In this document: one piece after another, positions 16,078-24,363 of the stretch
Layout of the letters: each line of letters begins with the position of its first letter
How positions within the stretch are numbered: the first letter of the stretch is position 1
From: a virus
Lineage: Duplodnaviria; Caudoviricetes
Virus record (IMG/VR): IMGVR_UViG_3300037478_000268
Location: 1-25,383 of that record
Reading direction: 5' to 3' (one strand)
Length of the DNA: 25,383 nucleotides
Notes under the pieces: generated by a model
The model's input: only the letters and a program-made list of their open reading frames with translations
What the model was told of the DNA's origin: nothing
The model's database searches: none
Position numbers and translations under genes: made by a program

Positions 16078-17598
16078 TCAGGCCCGGGCCACCCGCAGCG
16101 CCGCCGCGCCGGCCGGCGGGGGCCGGCGGCCGGCAACCACCAGCGGGCGCAGCTTCGGGGTGTAAGGCACGCTCAGCGCGGCGTGGACAGCCCCGGCCGC
16201 GGCGTAGGCGGCATCCACGTGGCCGACGCCGCGGCGCACGAACCGCCACCCGTCGCCGACCGGGTACCGCTGCGCCCCCGCCATGTGGGCGTCCTGCAGC
16301 GGGTCGCCGGGGTGGACGATCCGCCGGTCGGCGACCAGGCCGGCGAACCCCTGGCATGCTTCGGTGACCGCCGCACCTTTTAGCTCCAGTGCCCCATTCC
16401 GCCCCCTCAGCACGGCCGCCAGGGCGGCGGCAGGCCCGGACGGGTACCAGGCCAGCACCCGGGGCTGGATCGCGTCCAGCAGGCCGGGCAGCTCAAACCG
16501 GGCCGCGTCGGTGGACGCCCACGCGGCAGCGGGTTCGACCCGCACCCGGCCGTCGTCGAGGGTCGCGGCGGTGGTGAGGGTGACGTGCGCGCCGTCGGGG
16601 GCCACGTCGATGCACGCGGCGACCCGGTCGCGGGCGCGGTCGAGGGTGCCGGACGGGTCGGCGCAGTCGCGCCACGCGGCCAGGTCGATCGCCTCATCGA
16701 GCGTGTCGACTTTCTGACACAAGCATTCGGTGCGGAAGGTGGCCGGGGGATCGGTGGCCAGGCTGGACCGGATCGCCTGCTCGGTGATGATGTAGCCGAG
16801 CCCGGGGTTCGCCTGCGCCCACGCCTTCGGGTCGTCGAGGTCGCACCCCTGCGGTGCCGACCATTCAAACAGGCCGATCGTCTCGTCTCGGCCGGCCAGG
16901 GCGGATTCCCGTAGGTGGTTCAACACCACCGACCGGTCATCGCCAGCGTTGCTGATCGCGACGGTGAGGGCGTCCGGCCGGGCCATCGTGGTCTTGCTCA
17001 GCGCCGCCCACGGCCCCCAGTCGCCATGTTCCCGCAGTTCGTCCAGGATGAGCAGGTCGACCGACAGGCCACGGCCGGCTGACCGGGTGCTGGCTGCGAT
17101 CCGGTAGCGGGCGCCGGAGGTGAGAGTCAGGCACTGCTCTCCGTTGGCAAGCCGGACCCCGCCCAGACCGATCTCCGCCGCCAACTCGGGCTCACCCTGC
17201 GCCATCGCGACCGCTCCCGCCCAGGACTCCCGGGCGATGTCGAGGGACTGGGCGGATCCGAGCACCAGCCGCACCCCGCGCACGTACATGAAGTACAGGG
17301 CGAGGATCTTCAGCAGGTGCGTCTTTCCGGACTGGCGGCCGACCAGGGTCAGCACGGTCCGGTAGCGGAACCCGCCGGATGGGTGTAGCTCAAGGGCGTG
17401 CAGTAGCCACCAGCGTTGCCACGGGATCAGCTCAACACCCAGCACGTCCTGCGCGAACCGGGTCGCCTCGTAGCCGGCGGTGGTGCGGCGGGTCAGCCTG
17501 CGCAGCGGTGACGAGAACAGCCGGGGCTCGGTTCGGCCCGTCAGCTTCGTTGTCTCACGCCGGCCGAGCAGCTGCCCGGACCGCGGCGAGTTTGCCAC
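16078..17598 (-). CDS. terL: Terminase large subunit, about 506 aa
   Basis: Q-motif LIPWQ, Walker A VGRQSGKT, Walker B LLILDELRE, ISNAG, ANPGLG, nuclease CIDV and VDAAYAA. Likely start GTG 17598 after a GGAGG RBS within terS. Confidence 0.93.
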   Translation of the reverse strand: MANSPRSGQLLGRRETTKLTGRTEPRLFSSPLRRLTRRTTAGYEATRFAQDVLGVELIPWQRWWLLHALELHPSGGFRYRTVLTLVGRQSGKTHLLKILALYFMYVRGVRLVLGSAQSLDIARESWAGAVAMAQGEPELAAEIGLGGVRLANGEQCLTLTSGARYRIAASTRSAGRGLSVDLLILDELREHGDWGPWAALSKTTMARPDALTVAISNAGDDRSVVLNHLRESALAGRDETIGLFEWSAPQGCDLDDPKAWAQANPGLGYIITEQAIRSSLATDPPATFRTECLCQKVDTLDEAIDLAAWRDCADPSGTLDRARDRVAACIDVAPDGAHVTLTTAATLDDGRVRVEPAAAWASTDAARFELPGLLDAIQPRVLAWYPSGPAAALAAVLRGRNGALELKGAAVTEACQGFAGLVADRRIVHPGDPLQDAHMAGAQRYPVGDGWRFVRRGVGHVDAAYAAAGAVHAALSVPYTPKLRPLVVAGRRPPPAGAAALRVARA

Positions 17599-17869
17599 CG
17601 GTGCCCCCTCCCTGGGCCTTGCCGGCAGCGGCCCGGGCGCGCGGGGTGGCACCCAGCGATTCGAGTACCGCCAGCAGCTTCGGGCCGAGCCGGTCGAGCG
17701 TTTCCCGCCGGCCGCCGCACTCGGGACAGGTGGCCTGGTCGATCGCCCGGGCGTACTGCTCGGCGAGGGTGGCGGCGGCGGAGTCTTCCGGCTGCAGCGC
17801 CAGCTGGCCGATGGTGTGGCGCACCTCGGGCAGGACCAACCCGTCCGCCGCCCTCAGTGTTCCGACCAC
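17555..17869 (-). CDS. terS: Terminase small subunit, 104 aa
   Basis: GGAGG RBS. D.AA..LA..YARAID and LGPKLLAVLESLGATPRAR motifs. Overlaps the terL start. Contains a CPEC segment. Confidence 0.8.
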   Translation of the reverse strand: MVGTLRAADGLVLPEVRHTIGQLALQPEDSAAATLAEQYARAIDQATCPECGGRRETLDRLGPKLLAVLESLGATPRARAAAGKAQGGGTGGKLAAVRAAARPA

Positions 17870-17884
17870 GGTCTCCTCCGTCTC

Positions 17885-17961
17885 CAGAAAATCTTACTGG
17901 TCGAGCACATGGTCTCAGTAAATCTTACTGGTCATGCACATTGTCTAAGGAGATCTTCCTG
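17885..17961. promoter_or_regulatory. Three operator-like 15-bp palindromes at 31-bp period in the divergent terS/portal promoter region
   Basis: CAGAAAATCTTACTG (17885), CAGTAAATCTTACTG (17916, perfect CAGTAA-N3-TTACTG) and AAGGAGATCTTCCTG (17947). The first two 31-bp units match at 27 of 31 positions. Minus-strand TAAGAT boxes lie inside them; TAAACT at 17962 sits 6 nt before GTG 17974. Confidence 0.75.
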
Positions 17962-17973
17962 TAAACTGCTGGC

Positions 17974-20900
17974 GTGACCAGCCTGTTCCGGAGAATGTTC
18001 GGCGGTTCCCCGCCGGACCCGTCTCCGCCCAGCGCGGTCATGACCCGACCAGCCGCGGCCCGTCAGTTCCAGCTGGAGATCCCGCCGGAGATGCTGGAAG
18101 CGATGACCGGCGGCGGGGCGATCGCCCAGCGGATCAGCCGGCGGGAAGCGCTGCAGGTACCGGCGGTGCTGCGGGCACGGAACCTGATCTGCGGCACCCT
18201 GGGCAGCCTGCCGCACGCCGTCATCGACCCCGGCCGCAACGAGGTGTCGGGCGGGACGTACCTGCTGGGCGGCAACATTGACCCGGACCTGGCTAACTCG
18301 GTAACCCTGGCCCAAACCTACGAAGACCTGCTGTTTGAAGGGATCTCCTGGTGGCGGGTGCTGGCGCGTGGCTGGCACGGCTACCCGGTCCACGCCCGGC
18401 ATGTTCCGGTCGAGTCGGTGCACGTAGCGCCGACCGGTGCGTTGATGCCCTCAGTGCGGCAGGTCAGCCCGGACCTGCCGTTCCCGCTGGACGGTCAGGT
18501 GTACATCGACGGGATCCCGGTTGGCGACCTGGACGTGATCCGGATCGACTCGCCGAACCCGCCGCTGCTGGTCCACGCCGCGCGGGCGATCCGCACCTGC
18601 CTGAAGCTGGACCGGGCGGCGGCGCTCTACTCCGACGATCCGCTGCCGCTGGGCGTGTTCGAACCGGCCGAGGGCGCCGACCCGCTGTCCGCCGAGCCGA
18701 ACTCGGCCGGCGACGGCACCGAGCGGTCCGAGGTCGACGCGCTGCTCGACGCGTGGGAGCAGGCCCGCGCGAGCCGGGCATGGGGATACACCCAGGGCGT
18801 CACCGCGAAAATCCTGCAATGGTCGCCGGAGCAGCTACAGCTGGCCGACGCCCGCCAGCACGCGGTGCTGGAGATCGCCCGGGCGGCCGGTGTCGACCCG
18901 GAGGACCTTGGTGTGTCGACCACCAGCCGCACCTACCAGAACGGGGAGCAGCGGCGGCAGGACCTGCTCGACTTCACGATGGGCATCTATGTGGTGGCGG
19001 TTCAGGACCGGTTGAGCATGCGGGACGCGCTGCCGCGCGGGTACGTGGCACGGGTCCGTTTCGGCGGGTTCCTGCGCAGCGACACGAAGACCCGGATGGA
19101 GACGTACAAGGTGGGTCTTGAGGTCGGCGCGTACACCGAGGATGAGATCCGCGACCTTGAGGACCGGCCGCGGCTGACTCCGGCGCAGCGGGCGACCGCC
19201 CGCCAGCGTGGCGCGAGCGCCACCCCGCCGGCCGCGCCCAACGGGAGGGCACCGAACATGAGCGATCCCAAGCCGGTCACGTTCGCCGACGACGGCGACG
19301 CGGTCCGAGTCCAGTTCGACACCCCGGAGGTCGCCGAGACGTTCCAAGTGGACGTAGAGCGGCGCACCATCACCGGGATGGTGGTGCCGTGGGGCAAGGT
19401 CGCCAGGTCAGGGTTCAGCAAATGGAAGTTCGCACCCGACAGCTTGCGCTGGACGGATGCCAGCCGAACGAAGCTCAACCTTCACCATGACTTCACCGCG
19501 CTGATCGGCCGCGCCACCCGGTTGCAGTCCGGCAACAAGGGGTTGATGGCCACCTTCAAGGTGGGTCGCGGCCCCGACGGTGACCGGGTGCTGACTCAGG
19601 CCGAGGACAAGATCCTCGACGGGTTCTCGATCGAGGTCGATTTCGTCGATGACCTCGGCGACAGCTGGCAGCCTGACCCCGCCGATGAGTCGGTTCGCCT
19701 GGTGCGCCAGGCCAGCCTGCGCGGCGTGGCTCTGACTGGCATGCCGGCGTTTGATGACGCGCGGGTTACCGCGGTCAAAGCAACGCGAGACGGAAGGAAG
19801 GGCGCCATGCCCGAGAACACTGACCCGGCGGCGCCCGCCGCGCAGTTCGACCTGAAGGCGTACCTGGACACTCAGGCCGCGGCCACGGTCGCGAGTCACA
19901 AGCAGCTCACCGAGACCCTGGCCACCTCGATCGGCGAGAGCGTCGCTGCCGGGATGAAGGCGGCGCTGGAAGCGCTGCCGTCGCCGCAGGACGGTCCGCA
20001 GCCGGTGCGGGCGGCCCGGTTCACGGTCACCCGTGAGGCGCCGGTCTACGCCTTCAACGGGCTGGGCCATTCGCTGGTCCGTGACGCCTGGTACGCCGGC
20101 CGCGAACGGGACCATGACGCCATCGAGCGGCTGCACAAGTACCGCCAGCAGACCGAGGAGATGGCGAAGCTGGCCGCTCACTACATGGCGATGGTCACGT
20201 TCTCGCCACAGTCGACCAGCACCGCGGCGGAGGTCATCCCACCCGGCTACCGGCCCGACCTGTACGTGCCGGAGCTGATGCAGGGTCGGCCGCTGGTCGC
20301 CTCGTGCTCACGCGGCACGATCGGCAACGCGACCCCGTTCACCGTGCCGGTGTTCTCCAGCTCGACCGGCGCCAGTGCCGACCACGTGGAGGGCACCAAC
20401 CCATCCGACGGGTCACTGGGGTTCGCGACCAAGACCGTGACCCCGGGGGCGGTCAGTGGCCGGATCACCCTGACCCGGGAGATCGTCGACAGCTCGAACC
20501 CGGCGATTGACCAGATCGCGCTCGCGACCATGCGGGAGAGCTACAACCAGCAGACCGAGACGAAGGTGTACACGCTGCTGAACGGGGCGTCCGGGGTCGC
20601 TGGCTCGATCACCTCCGGGTTCGTGCCGTCCGGTGCTCAGGCCAGCACGGTGAACGTGGGTACCGACGCCGACCTGACCGGTCAGATCCTGGTCCGGCAC
20701 CTGCGGGGCCGGCTGGCCGCGTACCCGTTCGCTCGGTTCGGCGCCCCGACGCAGGCTGTGATGGGGCAGGCCGCGACGACGTACCTGGCCGACGCCATCG
20801 ACACCACTGGCCGGCCGCTGCTGCCCCCGGTCGCGCCGCAGAATGCGGGTGGACTCGGCAACGCCGTGACCCAGGGGTGGAGCATCGACACGCTGCCCCA

Positions 20901-21117
20901 CGTCCCGGCTTGGGCGATGACCGGCGTGGCGGCCGGCGACGCGCAGGTGATCACCCTGGCCCGTCCGGACGTGTGGGTGTGGGAGTCGCCGCTGCTCACC
21001 TTCCGGTATGACGAGAAGCAGGGTCCGGCGAACATCGAGCTGAACATCTTCGGCTACTTCGGCGCGCACGTGCTCCGGCCGGTGGGCCTGTCGGGCGTGC
21101 GGATCACCGCGAGCTGA
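17974..21117 (+). CDS. Fused portal, prohead protease and major capsid protein, 1047 aa
   Basis: Portal motifs in aa 1-~400 (ALQVPAVLRARNLICGTLGSLP, DLLFEG, EIARAAGV, TYQNGEQ, FLRSDTKTR, DEIRDLE). HK97-type protease at ~450-605 (ITGMVVPWG, HHD, IGRA, DGFSI, VALTGMPAFDDARV). HK97-fold capsid after (VIPPGY, VEGTNP, DTTGRPL, IFGYFG). No stop codon between domains. Confidence 0.9.
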   Translation: MTSLFRRMFGGSPPDPSPPSAVMTRPAAARQFQLEIPPEMLEAMTGGGAIAQRISRREALQVPAVLRARNLICGTLGSLPHAVIDPGRNEVSGGTYLLGGNIDPDLANSVTLAQTYEDLLFEGISWWRVLARGWHGYPVHARHVPVESVHVAPTGALMPSVRQVSPDLPFPLDGQVYIDGIPVGDLDVIRIDSPNPPLLVHAARAIRTCLKLDRAAALYSDDPLPLGVFEPAEGADPLSAEPNSAGDGTERSEVDALLDAWEQARASRAWGYTQGVTAKILQWSPEQLQLADARQHAVLEIARAAGVDPEDLGVSTTSRTYQNGEQRRQDLLDFTMGIYVVAVQDRLSMRDALPRGYVARVRFGGFLRSDTKTRMETYKVGLEVGAYTEDEIRDLEDRPRLTPAQRATARQRGASATPPAAPNGRAPNMSDPKPVTFADDGDAVRVQFDTPEVAETFQVDVERRTITGMVVPWGKVARSGFSKWKFAPDSLRWTDASRTKLNLHHDFTALIGRATRLQSGNKGLMATFKVGRGPDGDRVLTQAEDKILDGFSIEVDFVDDLGDSWQPDPADESVRLVRQASLRGVALTGMPAFDDARVTAVKATRDGRKGAMPENTDPAAPAAQFDLKAYLDTQAAATVASHKQLTETLATSIGESVAAGMKAALEALPSPQDGPQPVRAARFTVTREAPVYAFNGLGHSLVRDAWYAGRERDHDAIERLHKYRQQTEEMAKLAAHYMAMVTFSPQSTSTAAEVIPPGYRPDLYVPELMQGRPLVASCSRGTIGNATPFTVPVFSSSTGASADHVEGTNPSDGSLGFATKTVTPGAVSGRITLTREIVDSSNPAIDQIALATMRESYNQQTETKVYTLLNGASGVAGSITSGFVPSGAQASTVNVGTDADLTGQILVRHLRGRLAAYPFARFGAPTQAVMGQAATTYLADAIDTTGRPLLPPVAPQNAGGLGNAVTQGWSIDTLPHVPAWAMTGVAAGDAQVITLARPDVWVWESPLLTFRYDEKQGPANIELNIFGYFGAHVLRPVGLSGVRITAS

Positions 21118-21119
21118 CC

Positions 21120-21434
21120 ATGGCGATCCGGGCGGGTGGTTACGTGGACCACGGCGACGGCCGGGGGTGGGTGCTCGACGTGCCCACCCCGGCGGCGGCC
21201 GTGGCGCAGGCACCCGCCCCGCCTGCCACGGCGGCCGTGGGCGAGCCGGGGGAGCCGGCGGCGGACCCGGATGCCCCCGACCCGCAGCCGGCCGTACAGA
21301 CCGCCGTGGCGGGCCGGATGGCGTGTCCCGACTGCGGCCGGGAGTTCGCGGTGAACAAAGACGGGACCATGCGCAGGCACCGGTGCGTGATCGACGCGCC
21401 AGCCCCGCAGGTCACATTCGACGGAGAGGAGTAG
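21120..21434 (+). CDS. Hypothetical protein with C-terminal zinc finger, 104 aa
   Basis: Directly follows the capsid stop. CPDCG...RRHRC motif and a P/A-rich linker. Confidence 0.6.
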   Translation: MAIRAGGYVDHGDGRGWVLDVPTPAAAVAQAPAPPATAAVGEPGEPAADPDAPDPQPAVQTAVAGRMACPDCGREFAVNKDGTMRRHRCVIDAPAPQVTFDGEE

Positions 21435-21438
21435 GGCC

Positions 21439-21756
21439 GTGGCGGCTCTCACAGTGCAGGACGGCAGGAACGGGCTCGGAACGGTCACGTTCGCCTCTGC
21501 CGCCGAGACCGGCGATACGGTCACCCCGGGCGGGGTAGACGCGGGCGGGTGGCAGCTGCCCGTGGTGCTGATCGTGGTCAACGGCTCGGGGGCCGACTCT
21601 GAGGTCACCGTGACCGGGCTGGCTGACCCGGTGGACGTGGTGGCCGGCGAAACCGGGATCATCCCGCTCCGCAGCGGCGCGGTGCACGGGCGGACGATCG
21701 CGGTCGCCTACGAGAACCACGAGACGATCACCGTCGCCGCGGTTCGGCTCTGGTAG
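21439..21756 (+). CDS. Putative small virion protein, 105 aa
   Basis: GAGGAG RBS, beta-rich sequence, located between capsid and adaptor. Confidence 0.6.
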   Translation: MAALTVQDGRNGLGTVTFASAAETGDTVTPGGVDAGGWQLPVVLIVVNGSGADSEVTVTGLADPVDVVAGETGIIPLRSGAVHGRTIAVAYENHETITVAAVRLW

Positions 21757-21762
21757 CACCCG

Positions 21763-22125
21763 ATGAGCTGGCCACCGACCCTCGCCGACCTGAAGGCGGA
21801 CATGCGCTCCCGTGGAGAGGACGCTGCCGTGCTGGACATTGACGATGTCCGGCTGCAGCCGATGCTCGACGCCGCTGTGTCCTTCGTGCAGCGGGTCCGG
21901 TGGAAGTTCAATTTCACGGCCGACCCGGAGTCGGAACTGCCGGACCCGACGGCGGACCTGATCCTGGGCACGCTGCGGCTCGCGTCGCGGTGGCACACCC
22001 GCCGCCGCTCGCCGGACAGCCTGGTCCAGATGGGCGAGCTGGGCGCCGGGCGGGTGCCCAGCATCGACCCTGACATTGATCGGCTACTACGGCTGGGCCG
22101 GCATGCGCTTCCGGTGGTGGGCTGA
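21763..22125 (+). CDS. Head-to-tail adaptor, 120 aa
   Basis: TLADLK...LDAA...LILGTLRLASRWHTRRRSP...DPDIDRLL pattern and synteny. Confidence 0.75.
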   Translation: MSWPPTLADLKADMRSRGEDAAVLDIDDVRLQPMLDAAVSFVQRVRWKFNFTADPESELPDPTADLILGTLRLASRWHTRRRSPDSLVQMGELGAGRVPSIDPDIDRLLRLGRHALPVVG

Positions 22126-22493
22126 TGTCCGGCGTGGTGAGCCAGACCGCGGAGCAGCTGGTGTCGGTGCTGCGCACGGTGGAGGGGCTGCGGGTGACCT
22201 CCGATCCGGCGGCGGTGGCTACCGGCCCCACGGCGGTGGTCGGGCCGCCGGCGCTCACGTGGGAGTCGTACTGTGTCGAGCCGACCGGCGCCGTGTGGGT
22301 GGTGCACCTGGTTGTCGACGCCACCGAGCGCACCGTGGAGAACCTGTGGCGACTGGTGACCGAGGTGGCCGCGGCGGTCGACGAGCGATTCCTGGCCGGC
22401 TCGGTGATCCGGGCCGACCCCGGGACGTGGTCAGCGGGCGGCACCGATCTGCCGTCATATGCGATCCAGGTAGACGTGGTACTGGGAGAGTGA
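22125..22493 (+). CDS. Putative tail terminator, 122 aa
   Basis: TGATG coupling, position directly before the major tail protein, and L..VEGLRV, P.AVVGPP, LPSYAIQV segments. Confidence 0.6.
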   Translation: MSGVVSQTAEQLVSVLRTVEGLRVTSDPAAVATGPTAVVGPPALTWESYCVEPTGAVWVVHLVVDATERTVENLWRLVTEVAAAVDERFLAGSVIRADPGTWSAGGTDLPSYAIQVDVVLGE

Positions 22494-22496
22494 GAG

Positions 22497-22919
22497 ATGA
22501 CGATCCATAACCGCCGGCTCAAGATTATCGAGTTCACCCTGGGCGCCATTTCGTTTGAGTGCCAGGTCAAGAGCTGGAACCTCGACCCGGGGATCAGCGA
22601 CGGTGAGCGGCTGTATTCGTTCTGCCCGGACGGCGCAGACGTGGAGGAGACCGACCCGGAACCGACGCTGGAGTTGGAATTCTTCTCCGACTGGCGCTCG
22701 GACGGAATCTCCGACTTCCTGTGGTCGCACTCCGGGGAGGACGCCGCTTTCGCGCTGAACCACCACCCCGACATCGCGGCCGAGCATGTCCGCTGGACCG
22801 GGACGGTGCGGCTGAAGGCGCCACCGGTTGGCGGTGAGGCCCGCGCGACCGAAATGACCTCGATCACCCTTCAGGTGATCGGTGACGTGACCGATGGCTA
22901 CACAAGGGTGGGTGCGTAA
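22497..22919 (+). CDS. Major tail protein, 140 aa
   Basis: GGAG RBS. FECQVKS, FCPDG, LELEFFSDW...GISDFLW, WTGTV...PPVGG pattern of short siphovirus tail tube proteins. Confidence 0.75.
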   Translation: MTIHNRRLKIIEFTLGAISFECQVKSWNLDPGISDGERLYSFCPDGADVEETDPEPTLELEFFSDWRSDGISDFLWSHSGEDAAFALNHHPDIAAEHVRWTGTVRLKAPPVGGEARATEMTSITLQVIGDVTDGYTRVGA

Positions 22920-23419
22920 TGGCTCTCTCGACGAAGATCAACCTGAGGGTCGCGGCGGCCCTGACTGACGCGCTGGACCTGTCCACCGCAACCGATCCGC
23001 TCGCGTACGAGAAGCGGCTCACCTGGCTGTCGGGCACCGGGGCGGACCAGGCGAGCATCCTGTGGCATGACCAGCGGACCGTGGCCGCGTCCACCGATGA
23101 GGACCTGGACCTGGCCGGGGTGCTCACCGACGCGTTCGGGAACACGCTAACCTTCGCCCGCGTCAAGGGGCTACTGGTCGCCGCCGCGGCGGCGAATGCC
23201 AACAACGTGGTGGTCACCTCGGACGGGGCGGCCGGTGTGCCTGGCCTGTTCGCCGCCCTGGGCGACGGGGTGGTGGTCCGCCCGGCTGGCCTGTTCCTGT
23301 GGGTGGCACCCGACGCGACCGGTGCGGTCGTCACCCCGACAACCGGCGACCTGCTCAACTTCGCCAACTCCGGATCCGGAACCGGAGTCACCTACGACGT
23401 GATCATCCTGGGTGCGTGA
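22919..23419 (+). CDS. Putative virion structural protein, 166 aa
   Basis: TAATG coupling. Beta-rich sequence with GTGADQA, DLDLAGVLTDAFG..LTFARVK and YDVIILG. Confidence 0.6.
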   Translation: MALSTKINLRVAAALTDALDLSTATDPLAYEKRLTWLSGTGADQASILWHDQRTVAASTDEDLDLAGVLTDAFGNTLTFARVKGLLVAAAAANANNVVVTSDGAAGVPGLFAALGDGVVVRPAGLFLWVAPDATGAVVTPTTGDLLNFANSGSGTGVTYDVIILGA

Positions 23420-23808
23420 TGGCCACACTGAGTGTGCCATTCAAGATCACCCCCGACGGGGGTGATCCGTACCGGGTGGTCGCCGACACCCGCGACATCT
23501 ACACGTGGGAGAAGACCACCCCGAACAAGTCGATCACTCTCCAGCAGGCGATGGAGGAGCTGCGGTTTGCCGAGCTGTACCGGATCGCATGGATCGCCGC
23601 ACGCAGGCAGGGCATGTACGCCGGCACGCTCGACGACTTCGCCGCCACTCACCAGGTGGAGCCGAACCAGGAAGACGACGACCAGGAGGAGGATCCCGAC
23701 GCGGTCCCTACCCAGCCGGGGGGCTCGCCCGAACCATCATCGCCCTCGCAGTCGTCACCGGCATCCCGCCCGCGGTCTGGGCCGAAGAAGGTGGCCGCGC
23801 GGTCGTGA
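23419..23808 (+). CDS. Tail assembly chaperone (G), 129 aa
   Basis: TGATG coupling at 23419, acidic stretch followed by an S/P-rich tail, located between MTP and TMP. Confidence 0.7.
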   Translation: MATLSVPFKITPDGGDPYRVVADTRDIYTWEKTTPNKSITLQQAMEELRFAELYRIAWIAARRQGMYAGTLDDFAATHQVEPNQEDDDQEEDPDAVPTQPGGSPEPSSPSQSSPASRPRSGPKKVAARS

Positions 23809-23891
23809 CGGCATGGGAGGTGGTTGACCAGCTACACGGCGGTCAGAAAGGGGCCGGCGGGAAGTTCAGCGGAAAGCGGATGTCCGGATAG
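23706..23891 (+). CDS. Tail assembly chaperone -1 frameshift extension (GT)
   Basis: The -1 frame reads PYPAGGLARTIIALAVVTGIPPAVWAEEGGRAVVTAWEVV..., has no start or RBS of its own, and ends at the RBS of the next gene. Confidence 0.65.
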   Translation, partial: PYPAGGLARTIIALAVVTGIPPAVWAEEGGRAVVTAWEVVDQLHGGQKGAGGKFSGKRMSG

Positions 23892-23901
23892 GAGGTGCAC
23901 G

Positions 23902-24363
23902 GTGGCCCAGCCGAAGACCACCCTGACGCTGAATATCCGCATCGACGGGGCTAAGGAAACGCTGAAGGCACTCAACCGGCTGCCGAAGGAAGCGAACGCC
24001 GCTGTGCGCGACGGGTCGATGGAGCTGGCGCGCACGCTCGCGACCCGGGTCAAGGCCGCCGCGGTGGCCGACAAGTCGCCCCAGTCGGCGCTGCTGGCGC
24101 GTACGGTCCGCGCGCGGCGGGACCGGGTGCCGGTGATCATCGCCGGTGGGGCGACCCGTCTGGGCCGGCGGAAGGTACCGGCGTGGCGGCTGCTGTTCGG
24201 GGCTGAGTTCGGGTCCAACCAGCACCCCCAGTTCCACCACGCCCACTCTGGCCGCAAGGGGTACTGGTTCTTCCCCGTCGCTGAACGGGAAGCGCCCACC
24301 ATCGCCAAGGCGTGGAATGAGGTCGCCGACCGGATCGTGCGCGCCTACGGCGGTGACCGGTAA
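23902..24363 (+). CDS. HK97 gp10-like putative tail-completion protein, 153 aa
   Basis: GGAGG RBS and GTG 23902. IRIDGAKETLKAL, GAEFGS and YWFFP motifs; basic protein. Confidence 0.65.
   Translation: MAQPKTTLTLNIRIDGAKETLKALNRLPKEANAAVRDGSMELARTLATRVKAAAVADKSPQSALLARTVRARRDRVPVIIAGGATRLGRRKVPAWRLLFGAEFGSNQHPQFHHAHSGRKGYWFFPVAEREAPTIAKAWNEVADRIVRAYGGDR

Noticed and set aside
17541-17558. terL needing a frameshift because the GTGA overlap at the terS stop is out of frame
   Set aside because: An in-frame GTG at 17598 with a GGAGG RBS explains terL initiation.
17885-17961. Mini CRISPR array (with the Cas4-like gene elsewhere in the genome)
   Set aside because: The units are contiguous 31-bp tandem repeats without unique spacers, and there is no cas1/cas2. 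Solo Cas4-like nucleases are common in phages.
16063-17973. Recombinase-driven invertible segment around terS-terL
   Set aside because: No matching inverted repeats were found at the two ends by eye and no invertase gene is present.
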